Below, one piece after another: positions 23,711 to 33,246 of a stretch of DNA of 64,000 bases (position 1 is the stretch's first letter; each line of letters opens with the position of its first letter). This DNA is from a virus: positions 1-64,000 of the IMG/VR virus record IMGVR_UViG_3300032157_000005; one strand, 5' to 3'. The notes beneath the pieces are model-generated. The model saw only the letters and a program-made list of their open reading frames with translations, made no database searches and was not told where the DNA came from. The position numbers were made by a program, and so were the translations under genes.

Positions 23711-25275
23711 TCACGGCCTACGAACGCCAGGTGGACCGGCTGCTGTGGGGGGTCCTGCCCCCCGAGCAGCAGCCCGACGTGGACCCGGACAAAAAGCTGG
23801 ATACCGACCTGCCCATCGTCCGGGACGACGACGACCTGGACCGGGTGCTGCGGGACTACCTGGGCGTGAAGCTGCCGAACCTGAAGTGCTGCGACCTGCA
23901 CCAGACCCCCTGGGAAGCCTTTCACGATGCGTTCTTCGCCCGGTCGATAGCATCGATCTGGAAGGCCAGCCGGGGCCTGGGCGGGAAGTCATTCATGCTG
24001 GCGGCCCTGGGCCTGGCCGAAGCCCTGTTCCTACGGGCCGACGTGAACATCCTGGGCGGGTCGGGCATCCAGTCGAAGCGGGTCCTGGAAAACATCGGCC
24101 TAATGTGGGATCACACGGGTGCCCCCCGGCAGTGCCTGATCGGGAACCCTGGCAGCCAGGTGCAGAAGTTTGTCTGGGGCAACCGGGTCCAGGCCCTGAT
24201 GGCCAGCACGAAGTCTGTGCGCGGCCCCCACCCTCAGCGGCTGCGGCTGGACGAAGTAGACGAAATCAAGCAGCAGATCCTGGACGACGCCCTGGGCCAG
24301 CCGATGGCGAAGGGCGGGATCAAGGACCACGTAGTCGGGGCATCGACCCACCAGTATCCCGACGGCACCATGACCCGCATGATGAAGCGGGCGCGGACGA
24401 CGGCCGGCTGGAAGTTCTTCGAATGGTGTTACCGGGAAAACCTGGAACCCCACGGCTGGCTGTCGATGTCCCAGGTGGTCACCAAAAAGGCCCTGGTGAC
24501 CGTTCGGATGTGGGACACCGAATACGAAGGCCAGGAACCGAGCAGCGAAGGCCGAGCCATCGACACCCCGAAATGTGAAGCGGCCTTCCAGCTGGCGACC
24601 CTGGTGGACGAAGACCAGACCACGGCGATCATCGAACCCCCGGACCCGGCCGGCAAGTATGGCACCGGCACCGACTGGGCGAAAAAGGTGAACCATACCG
24701 TGGTCGTCACGATCCGGAAGGACGTGCGACCGATGCGGGTGGTGGCGGTGAAGCGGACCCAGCGGGAGCCCTGGCCGAACATGGCCGGCTACCTGGACGA
24801 CCGGATGAAGGTCTACGGCGGGACCAGCACCCACGACAACACCGGGGTGGGCGCGGTGGTTCACGACCTGCTGCACCATGACAGCGACCCGTTCAACATG
24901 GTCGGCCGGGACCGGGCGGACCTGCTGAGCGAATACATTGCAGCCATCGAAAAGGGGGATCTGGTCTGGCCCCGAGTCGAAGGCGACACGAACCCAGCCC
25001 TGGCTGCAGCGTATTCCGAACACAAGTATGCGACCAGGGAAGACGTTTACAAGGGCAGCCGGGACGGTAGCGGGAAGCATCACCTGCCCGACACCATCAG
25101 CGCGGGGGCCCTGGCCTGGCGTGCGGCCAGTGCGGCGGAAGCGGCCGGGGCCCTGTCGGAACCGAAGACCGGGACGCCACTGCAGGACGGGTTCCCTGAG
25201 CGGGGGCGGCTGTCGGCCTACATCCACGGGGGCCGGCGACCAGGGCGACGGTTCGGGGGCGACGACGACGGGTAG
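23707..25275 (+). CDS. terL: Terminase large subunit
   Basis: Walker A-like RGLGGKS, Walker B RLRLDEVDE, and a C-terminal nuclease-type region (GTDWAKKVNHTVVV, THDNTGVG). 522 aa. Confidence 0.85.
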   Translation: MITAYERQVDRLLWGVLPPEQQPDVDPDKKLDTDLPIVRDDDDLDRVLRDYLGVKLPNLKCCDLHQTPWEAFHDAFFARSIASIWKASRGLGGKSFMLAALGLAEALFLRADVNILGGSGIQSKRVLENIGLMWDHTGAPRQCLIGNPGSQVQKFVWGNRVQALMASTKSVRGPHPQRLRLDEVDEIKQQILDDALGQPMAKGGIKDHVVGASTHQYPDGTMTRMMKRARTTAGWKFFEWCYRENLEPHGWLSMSQVVTKKALVTVRMWDTEYEGQEPSSEGRAIDTPKCEAAFQLATLVDEDQTTAIIEPPDPAGKYGTGTDWAKKVNHTVVVTIRKDVRPMRVVAVKRTQREPWPNMAGYLDDRMKVYGGTSTHDNTGVGAVVHDLLHHDSDPFNMVGRDRADLLSEYIAAIEKGDLVWPRVEGDTNPALAAAYSEHKYATREDVYKGSRDGSGKHHLPDTISAGALAWRAASAAEAAGALSEPKTGTPLQDGFPERGRLSAYIHGGRRPGRRFGGDDDG

Positions 25276-25344
25276 ACAATCCCCTGGTAGTTCTGGCAGT
25301 ATCCGACCATAACCTGAACAGCTGGGGCGACAGCCCTGGAAAGC

Positions 25345-25644
25345 GTGGGACCCATGACGACGGTGCGGGCGGCGGCGATCACGTGCGGGTGGGTGGCGGC
25401 GGTGGCCGTCTTCCTGGTGGATGCGGAATGGAATGCCTGGTGGTGCCTGGTGCTGGCGGCGGCCTGTTTCGGGCTGGCCCGAGCGGTTCGACCGAAGCCG
25501 GTGACCCAGGTGACGATGCACGGCAGCCACCGGGGTCTGCTGATCGGGGACACGGTGCTGCACGGCGGCCACCGGTATCGGGTCCTGAAGGTAGACGGGA
25601 CGACCGTGACCTGGCAGAAGCTGGGCGGGACGCGGCTGACGTGA
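25345..25644 (+). CDS. Membrane protein (two TM segments) with a C-terminal beta-rich domain
   Basis: AAAITCGWVAAVAVFLV and WWCLVLAAACFGLA hydrophobic segments. Confidence 0.55.
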   Translation: MGPMTTVRAAAITCGWVAAVAVFLVDAEWNAWWCLVLAAACFGLARAVRPKPVTQVTMHGSHRGLLIGDTVLHGGHRYRVLKVDGTTVTWQKLGGTRLT

Positions 25645-25820
25645 GCGGGCGCGGCTGCCGGCGGCGCGGGGATCGACGGGACCAGAAGGCCCTGAAGCGG
25701 TGGGACGACCGGCAGCTGGCGGCTGACATCCGACGGGCCGATCCCCCACCGACGAAGCAGGAACTGAAGGATAAGACCTGCGGCGATCCGAACTGCCAGT
25801 CCTGCCGGGGGAAGCCATGA
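25641..25820 (+). CDS. Basic small protein with a C-terminal CGDPNCQSC motif
   Basis: GTGA overlap. 59 aa. Confidence 0.45.
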   Translation: MSGRGCRRRGDRRDQKALKRWDDRQLAADIRRADPPPTKQELKDKTCGDPNCQSCRGKP

Positions 25821-26251
25821 AGCGGCGACTGCCGGACCTGCGGGCGCGGCAATACTTCGACCGGCTAAAGACCCCCCTGACAGCGACGGCGCGACGGCAC
25901 GGCTACGCCCTGGCGGTGCACGGGTCCCTGGCCAGGGACATCGACCTGGTGGCGATCCCCTGGGTGCCGAACCCGAGCAGCCCGGCGGACCTGATCGCGG
26001 CCATCGTGGCGACGGCCAGCGACGTGATGAACCGGCCGGCGTTCGTGAAACACGATCCGAACGCGGACCCGTGGGACTTCACGAAGCGATGCCCGGAACC
26101 GAAATTCCACGGACGCCTGGGGTGGTCGATCTACCTGGCCGACAAGCCTGGCGAATCGTATGAAGTCTACCTGGACCTGTCGGTGATGCCGGCCTACCAG
26201 GACGCCATCGAACGACGACACCAGGCCATCGAACAGCTGGTGGCGGGCTAG
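25817..26251 (+). CDS. Minimal nucleotidyltransferase-fold (Pol-beta-like) protein
   Basis: ATGA overlap. HGSLARDIDLVAIPW (GS..DxD) and a later YLDLSV acidic motif. Confidence 0.55.
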   Translation: MKRRLPDLRARQYFDRLKTPLTATARRHGYALAVHGSLARDIDLVAIPWVPNPSSPADLIAAIVATASDVMNRPAFVKHDPNADPWDFTKRCPEPKFHGRLGWSIYLADKPGESYEVYLDLSVMPAYQDAIERRHQAIEQLVAG

Positions 26252-26253
26252 CC

Positions 26254-26766
26254 ATGAAGGTCAGCGCGGCGACACGGGCGCGGCGGCGCGACAGCAGCAG
26301 GACGGGCCACCAGCTGCCGGCGGCGATGGCGAACGCCATCCTGTGGGACGTGATCCTGCAGCTGAACCCACTGGTGCCTTCGCGGGTGCCGGTGGGTGTG
26401 AAGGACGACGGCGGCCTGGTCCTGTCGAAGCCGATCCCCTGGTATCCTGTCGTCCGGTTCCACGGACGCTACTACCTGGTGGACCACGGGAACCCCTGGC
26501 CGACGTTCCGGCACTACTGCCGGCTGCTGGCCAGGCCCGGCGACGACCGTGGCGATCTGTGCATCACGTCCGACGGCCTGGTGGCCAAGTGGGTGGAGCA
26601 CAGTGGACCCAGGTGGAAGCGGAAGCCCACGATCTACGGGGTGCAGGATGACATCGAACCAGTCTTATCCCTACCGGTGGCGGGTGCGATCACGGCTGCC
26701 GGAACGGTTCGGCCAGCGGTGCCGGGTCCTGGTGAAGTCCAGGACGATGAACAGCTGCACCGTTGA
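26254..26766 (+). CDS. Hypothetical protein; the ORF runs on into the next gene
   Basis: 170-aa ORF. The tail past 26648 overlaps the next gene in another frame. Confidence 0.5.
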   Translation: MKVSAATRARRRDSSRTGHQLPAAMANAILWDVILQLNPLVPSRVPVGVKDDGGLVLSKPIPWYPVVRFHGRYYLVDHGNPWPTFRHYCRLLARPGDDRGDLCITSDGLVAKWVEHSGPRWKRKPTIYGVQDDIEPVLSLPVAGAITAAGTVRPAVPGPGEVQDDEQLHR

Positions 26767-26857
26767 ATTCGAAGACGGCTACCAGGTGGTGACCAGCCGG
26801 AACTACCTGCGAAAGGTTCAGCCGGACACAGCACCCGACGGTCCGGCGTCTAACTGA
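26648..26857 (+). CDS. Small SH3-like/KOW-like protein
   Basis: Start at Met34 of ORF 26549..26857. RFGQRCRVLVKSRTMNSCTVEFEDGYQVVTSRNYLRK is a pattern common in small phage proteins. Confidence 0.6.
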   Translation: MTSNQSYPYRWRVRSRLPERFGQRCRVLVKSRTMNSCTVEFEDGYQVVTSRNYLRKVQPDTAPDGPASN

Positions 26858-26876
26858 ACAGAATGGGGGTCTGCCG

Positions 26877-27206
26877 ATGCGGGTAACAGTTCACGCCAGC
26901 CTGGACCAGGACAGCAATCTGAAGGCGAAGGTGACGGGTCACGGCCCGTATGCCGGCGCGGACGAACACCCAGACTTCAACGCGAAGACCGGGAAGGTGC
27001 CCGACGGCGCGGCGGTGCCGGGGGAAGTCAGCGTGGACGTGGCCCTGTCGGAACTGGGCGACGAAGGCGCGGCCGTGGCGAAGGAACTGGCGGCGGTCCT
27101 GGACAAGGCCCGGAAGCTGGCGGCGACCCGGCTGGAACGGCGGTTCAACGATGCCCGGTATCAGACCCGTCAGGTGGCCCAGGTTCGCCAGGAAATCGTG
27201 AGGTAA
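26877..27206 (+). CDS. Hypothetical protein
   Basis: 109 aa. GGGGG Shine-Dalgarno-like sequence upstream. Confidence 0.6.
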   Translation: MRVTVHASLDQDSNLKAKVTGHGPYAGADEHPDFNAKTGKVPDGAAVPGEVSVDVALSELGDEGAAVAKELAAVLDKARKLAATRLERRFNDARYQTRQVAQVRQEIVR

Positions 27207-27210
27207 CGGG

Positions 27211-27939
27211 ATGGGACTGCTGAACCACGGAACGAACCGAAGCTGGCGGCCGGCGGGCAACCTGGACGCGGTAGTGATGCGCGGCCTGGGCCCCCACGGC
27301 TATTACAACGCGGCCCCGGCGGGGAAGTGGCTGGGCCTGGCCATGCTGCCCCTGCGGCAAATGACGGTCCGGCGGATCCTGTTCAGCCTGTGGCTGGAAG
27401 CGGCCCTGCGGGTCCGGCTGGCCTGGAAGGGGTTCTGGCGGGGCTGGGCCGGCGGCGGGATCCTGGGGGTCGGCCGGCTGCACGTGACCTACCGGGACGG
27501 CCTGACGGGTCAGCTGGTGCACCTGGGCCTGGTCAGCACGAAGGTGATCACCGACACGGGAGTGACCTACCTGCGGGATGACTTCAACAATTCCGCCCAG
27601 GACATCACGAACATGAATTTTCACGGGGCGGGCACCGGCACGAACGCGGAAGCGGCCGGTGATACAGCCCTGCAGACCGAAAGCACCACGGCCCTGAACC
27701 CGAACAACACCCGAGCCACCGGCACCCGGTCCACCCCGGCATCGAACCAGTTCCGATCCGTCGGCACCCTGACCTTCGACGCGGACGCGGCCATCACTGA
27801 ACACGGCATCCTGAGCCAGTCAGCGACCGGCGGCGGGGTCCTGTGGGATCGGTCGGTCTTCAGCGCGATCAACGTGGTCGGCGCGAACGGGGACAGCATC
27901 CAGTTCACCTACACCCTGACCCTGAGCAGCGGCGGGTAG
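27211..27939 (+). CDS. Hypothetical virion-type protein
   Basis: C-terminal half VITDTGVTYLRDDFNN..FHGAGTGTNAEAAGDTALQTE..AITEHGIL..DSIQFTYTLTL resembles a widespread phage structural fold. Confidence 0.6.
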   Translation: MGLLNHGTNRSWRPAGNLDAVVMRGLGPHGYYNAAPAGKWLGLAMLPLRQMTVRRILFSLWLEAALRVRLAWKGFWRGWAGGGILGVGRLHVTYRDGLTGQLVHLGLVSTKVITDTGVTYLRDDFNNSAQDITNMNFHGAGTGTNAEAAGDTALQTESTTALNPNNTRATGTRSTPASNQFRSVGTLTFDADAAITEHGILSQSATGGGVLWDRSVFSAINVVGANGDSIQFTYTLTLSSGG

Positions 27940-27952
27940 GCCCCCGGCGACG

Positions 27953-29089
27953 ATGGCCGACCTTCTGGCACGGCAGGCCGTCGTCCTTGACGCGGACGCC
28001 CAGACCTTCACGTCCCTGGCGGTAGACCTGGACCCCCAGACGGACTGGATCCAGGTGGACATCGACCGGCCCACGTCGGTGGCCGGTCCTGTCGTCTGGG
28101 ACGACACCACCACCATCAGGACCCGGCTGCAGGTCTTACTGGATGGGCAGCTGCACGAAGCCACCGGCCAGGTCACCGGCGGGGTCCGCCAGCGCGGCGG
28201 GGTCGATATCGACACCTACCGGTTCCGGTGGAACCTGCCGGCTGGCTACTTCGGCGGCGACACCGGCAAGCGGCTGGGGGAAACGAAGGGCGGGACCTAC
28301 CGGCTGCGGCTGGGGCTGCAACTGCTGGCCGGCGGCCCGGTGAACACCAGGGTGCGGATCAGCGGTGAAGCGGCCCCCCTGGTGCTGCCGACCCGGCACA
28401 ATTCGGTAGCCTACGACAACGCATCATCGGCCATCGAAGAATCCGGCGACGGGGTGATCAGCTTCAGCATCACCAGCACGGGGTCCTTCCGTGGGGCCTT
28501 CGTGGCGGTCGGCCTGCGGAACACCACCGGATCGGCGGACGGGACGGTATCGATCACGGGTGGCGGCGAAACGGTCAGCAGCCACCTGTGGGACGTAAAC
28601 GACACGGGCATACAGGTCCAGTCCCGTGGATATTCGATCACGAACCAGGCGGCTGGGGCGCAGACCCTGACCAGCGACCTGACGGCCGGGACGACCATCG
28701 ATCACTTCCTGGGCATCATCACCCTGACGGGCGTGAACCAGGCGGCCCCGACCGGTGACACGGATGCGGTGGCCCCGGCGTTCGAAGCGTCCCCGGTCAC
28801 GGCGACGGTGACCCCGGTGGGCGCGGACGAAATGGTGCTGGACTTCCTAATGTGCCAGGCGGCCCCGACAGTCGGCGCGAACCAGACGGAACGGGTGAAC
28901 CCGGCCAATACGTCGTTCCCCACCTACTTCCGGATGTCTACCCAGTCGGGCGCGGACGGCGGTGCAATGTCCTGGTCCTGGGGTGGCGGGGATACGACCC
29001 GAGCCCTGAACGCGGTGGTGTTTCAGGCGGCCGACCTGGGGCCCCCGGACACGATCTACCGACGGATGCCCCATTCCCAGAGGATGTAA
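27953..29089 (+). CDS. Hypothetical structural (fibre or baseplate-like) protein
   Basis: 378 aa, Thr/Gly/Ser-rich and beta-type. Confidence 0.6.
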   Translation: MADLLARQAVVLDADAQTFTSLAVDLDPQTDWIQVDIDRPTSVAGPVVWDDTTTIRTRLQVLLDGQLHEATGQVTGGVRQRGGVDIDTYRFRWNLPAGYFGGDTGKRLGETKGGTYRLRLGLQLLAGGPVNTRVRISGEAAPLVLPTRHNSVAYDNASSAIEESGDGVISFSITSTGSFRGAFVAVGLRNTTGSADGTVSITGGGETVSSHLWDVNDTGIQVQSRGYSITNQAAGAQTLTSDLTAGTTIDHFLGIITLTGVNQAAPTGDTDAVAPAFEASPVTATVTPVGADEMVLDFLMCQAAPTVGANQTERVNPANTSFPTYFRMSTQSGADGGAMSWSWGGGDTTRALNAVVFQAADLGPPDTIYRRMPHSQRM

Positions 29090-29899
29090 ATGCTGAACCT
29101 GGCCCTGACAACTGACAAGCTGAGCCTGATCACCGGGTCGGCGGCCGACGTGGATGTCCATGCGTCCTGGGTGGACGATGCGGCCGGCACGTTCACGGCG
29201 GGGAAGACGAACACGGCGATCACGACGGCCACCACCACCGACATCGTGCCGGTGCCAGGGGCCAGCACGATCCGCAATGTGAAGTTCATTTCGGTCCGGA
29301 ACAAGGATTCGGCCGACAGCACGGACGTAACCGTCCAGTTCAACGCGAACGGGACCCTGTATCAGCTGATGAAGGCGACCCTGCTGGCCGGGGAAGAACT
29401 GGTGCTGCGGGAAGGGGTCTGGTTCCACTACGACACGAACGGCGGGGTGTATGGCCAGGCCCTGCCGGTGGCATCGGACACCGTGGTCGGCGGGATCGAA
29501 ATCGCCAGCCAGGCGGAAATGGAAGCGGCCACCGACGTGGCGCGGGCGGTGGTGCCGGGCCGGGTGCAGTATCACCCTGGGGTGGCGAAGTTCTGGGTGA
29601 AGACCAGCCCCGGCAACGTGAACAATGCGTCCCACAACGTGACATCCGTGTCCGACACGGCGGCCGGCATCACGGTGATCACTATCGCCACGGACTTTTC
29701 CGGGGCACACTGGTGCTGCCAGGCCACCTGCGAATCGACATCGGACACCATGACGGTGACCAATTTGAAGTTCGTCCGGATCGGACTCAGCGACCAGGCG
29801 GCTGGGTCCGTGTCCATCGAAGTCCACGACGGCACGGCCACGACGGCGGTGCTGGAAGACCCGACATCCTGGCACTGTGTCGGTTTTGGGGACCAGTAA
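29090..29899 (+). CDS. Tail-fibre-like protein
   Basis: TAAATG junction. ASDTVVGGIEIASQAEMEAATDVARAVVPGRV resembles the conserved fibre motif (A..G...A...E...G......V.P). Confidence 0.6.
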   Translation: MLNLALTTDKLSLITGSAADVDVHASWVDDAAGTFTAGKTNTAITTATTTDIVPVPGASTIRNVKFISVRNKDSADSTDVTVQFNANGTLYQLMKATLLAGEELVLREGVWFHYDTNGGVYGQALPVASDTVVGGIEIASQAEMEAATDVARAVVPGRVQYHPGVAKFWVKTSPGNVNNASHNVTSVSDTAAGITVITIATDFSGAHWCCQATCESTSDTMTVTNLKFVRIGLSDQAAGSVSIEVHDGTATTAVLEDPTSWHCVGFGDQ

Positions 29900-29901
29900 C
29901 C

Positions 29902-30456
29902 ATGACACCTGACGTTTTCGTAGCAGCGACCATGAGCGACGGATCCCTGACGATCATGGCCTTCAAGGCCGAAGGCCGATCCCCGACCCTACCCGAAGGG
30001 GCGGAATGGGGACCGGCCGGCACCTGGCGGCGGCCGGCGAACCAGGCGACCATCGACGCGGAACTGGCGAAAGCCTTTCCTGGGGATCCTGCCGGCGGCC
30101 GGACGCGGCGGCTGCGGGCGGTCAGCTGGCGGATCATCCCGGCGAACTACGTGCCGACGACCCCCGAAGACCGGGCCTACCGGGACGCCCTGACCGACCT
30201 GGGCACCCTGCCCCTGGCCCATAACATCCAGAAAGCCAGGGACATCCACCGGGACAAGATCCGGCGGGCGCGGGCGCGGAAGTTCGCGGACCTGGACACG
30301 GCGATGCTGCGGGCGGTCGAAGCCGACGACAAGGCCGAGCAGCGGCGGATCGGGGACGTGAAGCAGCGGCTGCGGGACCTGCCGGCGGACCCGGCCATCG
30401 ACCAGGCCCAGACCATCGAACAGCTGAAAGCCTTCTGGCCGGCGGATCTGACGTAA
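29902..30456 (+). CDS. Hypothetical protein (fibre-assembly candidate)
   Basis: Start at Met64 of ORF 29713..30456. 184 aa. Confidence 0.55.
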   Translation: MTPDVFVAATMSDGSLTIMAFKAEGRSPTLPEGAEWGPAGTWRRPANQATIDAELAKAFPGDPAGGRTRRLRAVSWRIIPANYVPTTPEDRAYRDALTDLGTLPLAHNIQKARDIHRDKIRRARARKFADLDTAMLRAVEADDKAEQRRIGDVKQRLRDLPADPAIDQAQTIEQLKAFWPADLT

Positions 30457-30463
30457 GGGGCAC

Positions 30464-32695
30464 GTGGCCAGGCGCGGCACCTTCGATCCCGAATATGTCC
30501 GGCCTGGAATCTTCGATCCCGAGTATTCCAGGAAAGGGGCCTTTGACCCTGACTACCTGGAAGCAGCCGGCGGCGGGACCACGTTTACCCAGGACGTGGC
30601 GGGGACCCTGACCAGCAGCGGCGGCCTGGTCAAGCAGACCAGCGCGAACAAGACGGGCACCCTGACCAGTGCCGGATCCCTGGTGAAGCAGTGCGGTCGG
30701 TTCCTGGCGGCTACGATGGCATCAGCCGGGGCCCTTGTGAATCAGGCCCAGAAGAACGGGCTGGCCGGCACCCTGTCGTCTTCAGCCGTATTATCGGCTA
30801 CAAAGGTAGCCATGATGGCGGTGGCGGGGACTTTGACATCGGCCGGCAGCCTGGTGAAGGAAATGGCGAAGGCGGTGGCGGGGACCCTGACCGACAGCGG
30901 GACCGTGGTGAAGCAGGACCAGAAGGTGCTGGCGGGCAGTCTGCCGACGGCCGGGACCGTGGTGAAGCAGACCGGGAAGACCCTGGCCGGCACCCTGAGC
31001 AGCAGCGGGGCCCTGGCGGCGACGAAGGTGGCCCTGCTGTCCATTGCGGGGACTTTGACATCGGCCGGCAACCTGGTGAAGCAGTGCGGGAAGTTCCTGG
31101 CTGGCACCCTGACCGATGCCGGCACGGTGGCGAAACAGACCGGCCACGGCGGCGCGGGCACCCTGGGATCGTCGGGCACGGTATCGAAGCAGACCGGGAA
31201 GACCGTGGCCGGGACCCTGACGACAGCCGGGGCGATGGCGGCGGTGAAGGCGGCCCTGAAGGACCTGGCCGGGACCCTGACATCAGCCGGGTCCGTGACG
31301 AAGCAGACCAGCGCGAACCGAGCCGGGACACTGACCACGGCCGGCACGGTATCCAAGCACACGGCGACCAGTAAGGCCGGCACCCTGGGCGCGGCCGGCA
31401 CCGTCAGCAAGCAGGTTTTTCTGCCCCTGCTGCCGGGGAACGGCGGCACCCTGGGGCTGTCGGGATCCCTGTCAAAGCAGACCACCCGGCACCTGACCGG
31501 GCGGCTGGCGTTTGATATTTTCTCTCACGTCGGCAACCTGGGGCAGGACATCAGCGGCGGCCGGCTGGTGGACGTGGCCGGGACCCTGCACTACGTCGGG
31601 CAAGCCTTTGGCTACAAGTCCACGGACGACGGCCGGACCTGGACCGAACACGCGACGTTCCCGGCAAACAGCGGCCTGCTGGGGGCGACGGCGGTGGCGT
31701 TCGGTGGGGAAGCCTGGGTGATCGGCGGCCTGGATGTCGGCGGGTCGGTCGGGGGCGGCATTCGGCCGGAAGTCTGGAAGACATCGGACCAGGCGACCTG
31801 GACAGCCGGCCCGACCCTGCCGGTCGGCCTGTATGCCCCGGCGGCGGCGGTCTTCGACGGGTTCGTCTGGATCAGCGGCGGGATGACTGACCTGGGCGAC
31901 GGGTCCCGGAAGGTCTTCAAGTCGAACGGCGGGGCCTGGGCCGAAGTCGGCACCGATGCGCTACCTATCGACCTGCAGGGCCATTGCATGGTGGCCCACG
32001 GCAGCCACGTCTATGCCTACGGCGGGCAAAGCCTGGTCGGCCTGGCCGGGGCCCTAACCCTGCAGGTCTATCGGGCCGGCACGAACGGGGTGTGGGCGGC
32101 GGTCGGCACCGATACCCTACCGTATGGTGTCTATGCGGCGGGCGGGGTCAGCGTGGGCGGGAAGCTGTGGCTGATCAGCGGCGACGATTTTGCCGGCGGT
32201 GGCGGTCAGAAGGTGCAGCAATCGGCCGACGATGGCCTGACCTGGACCGAATACCTGACCGATGCCCTGCCTGGCGGGTGCACGGACGGGGGGATCGTGG
32301 CCCGTGAACCGTCGTTCATTTGGGCGGCCGGCGGGTTCAATATCTTCGGCCGGGTGGTAATGCTGGACCTGCGGGATCAGCTGGTGAAACAGACCAGTAA
32401 GGGCCTGGTGGCGACCCTGGCCCCGAGCGGGGCGATCACAAAGGCGGTGCGGGTATCGGTGGCCGGCGTCCTGGGGATGATCGGCGCGACGGGCCGGCTA
32501 ATTCCCAGGGCCCTGGCCGGCACCCTGTCGATGTCGTCCAGCCTGTTCCGGTCCATCGGCGGGCCGGCGGTCTTCGCCATGCTGACGGCAGCGCGGACCA
32601 CCCCGGCGGGCGTGCTGGCGGCGCGGACGGCGAAGGCGGCGGCGCGGTGGAGTCGAACGATCCGCGATATGCTGCGGGCATCACGCGGGAACTGA
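30464..32695 (+). CDS. Repeat-rich fibre-like protein with a Kelch-type beta-propeller
   Basis: 3 x FDP(E/D)Y decapeptides. 16 AGTLTSAGxLVKQ units. Then blades marked by GGEAWVIGG, DGFVWISGG, GSHVYAYGG, GGKLWLISG, PSFIWAAGG. Repeat-like C-terminus. Confidence 0.8.
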   Translation: MARRGTFDPEYVRPGIFDPEYSRKGAFDPDYLEAAGGGTTFTQDVAGTLTSSGGLVKQTSANKTGTLTSAGSLVKQCGRFLAATMASAGALVNQAQKNGLAGTLSSSAVLSATKVAMMAVAGTLTSAGSLVKEMAKAVAGTLTDSGTVVKQDQKVLAGSLPTAGTVVKQTGKTLAGTLSSSGALAATKVALLSIAGTLTSAGNLVKQCGKFLAGTLTDAGTVAKQTGHGGAGTLGSSGTVSKQTGKTVAGTLTTAGAMAAVKAALKDLAGTLTSAGSVTKQTSANRAGTLTTAGTVSKHTATSKAGTLGAAGTVSKQVFLPLLPGNGGTLGLSGSLSKQTTRHLTGRLAFDIFSHVGNLGQDISGGRLVDVAGTLHYVGQAFGYKSTDDGRTWTEHATFPANSGLLGATAVAFGGEAWVIGGLDVGGSVGGGIRPEVWKTSDQATWTAGPTLPVGLYAPAAAVFDGFVWISGGMTDLGDGSRKVFKSNGGAWAEVGTDALPIDLQGHCMVAHGSHVYAYGGQSLVGLAGALTLQVYRAGTNGVWAAVGTDTLPYGVYAAGGVSVGGKLWLISGDDFAGGGGQKVQQSADDGLTWTEYLTDALPGGCTDGGIVAREPSFIWAAGGFNIFGRVVMLDLRDQLVKQTSKGLVATLAPSGAITKAVRVSVAGVLGMIGATGRLIPRALAGTLSMSSSLFRSIGGPAVFAMLTAARTTPAGVLAARTAKAAARWSRTIRDMLRASRGN
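30599..31489 (+). repeat. Coding tandem repeats, 54- or 60-nt period (16 units)
   Basis: GTL(T/S/G)xxG cores begin at residues 47, 65, 83, 102, 122, 140, 158, 176, 196, 214, 232, 250, 270, 288, 306 and 328 of the 743-aa protein. Confidence 0.85.
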
Positions 32696-32705
32696 AGGGG
32701 GACGG

Positions 32706-33029
32706 ATGGCGGTCCAGAATAACCTGACCTGGTATAAGGCGACGGCCGGCGTGCAGCCGTTCACCATCGACCCGGTGGAAGACATCAGCACCTGGTCGAT
32801 TGTGTTCACCATGCGGCGGAACCAGGAAGACGCGAACCCCCCGCTACTGACAAAAGCCTGCGGGATCCTGGACGGGCCGAATGGGACCTTTACCCTGACC
32901 CTGACCAAAGCGGAAACAACCCTGCCGGCGGGAACCTACTACTACGACGTGCAGCGGGACAATTCCGGCGGCGAAGACGTGCTGAGTATCGGCACGTTCA
33001 CGATCATCCAGGAAGTGAAGACCCCGTGA
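32706..33029 (+). CDS. Small Ig-like (BppU-N-like) structural protein
   Basis: DISTWSIVFTMRR..CGILDGPNGTFTLTLTKAETTLPAGTYYYDVQ resembles the pattern of phage Ig-like receptor-binding-module domains. Confidence 0.55.
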   Translation: MAVQNNLTWYKATAGVQPFTIDPVEDISTWSIVFTMRRNQEDANPPLLTKACGILDGPNGTFTLTLTKAETTLPAGTYYYDVQRDNSGGEDVLSIGTFTIIQEVKTP

Positions 33030-33217
33030 CGCGGCCGGCGCGGCGGCGCGACGGGCGACGGTGCCGGAACCCCAGGTGCGGGGAACCCATGACCCTGTTC
33101 GACGGCGGCCGGCTGACGGGGCTGTGTCCCAGCTGCAGGCTGGCCGGGCGGTGGGGCAGCTACCTTGCGTTTACGGCCTGGCTGGTCTATAAACTGGCGA
33201 CTATGGCCCTGGGGTAA
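33026..33217 (+). CDS. Zinc-ribbon protein with a C-terminal TM segment
   Basis: GTGA overlap. CRNPRCG..CPSC, then YLAFTAWLVYKLATMAL. Confidence 0.5.
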   Translation: MTRPARRRDGRRCRNPRCGEPMTLFDGGRLTGLCPSCRLAGRWGSYLAFTAWLVYKLATMALG

Positions 33218-33246
33218 CCGGCATCGAACGTGCTGCAGACAGCAGA

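Noticed and set aside
30599-31489. Regular 54-60-nt repeats that could superficially resemble a CRISPR array or a DGR template/variable repeat pair.
   Set aside because: The repeats are in frame and translate to a coherent AGTLTSAGxLVKQ protein repeat with no unique spacers. No cas genes or reverse transcriptase occur in the window.
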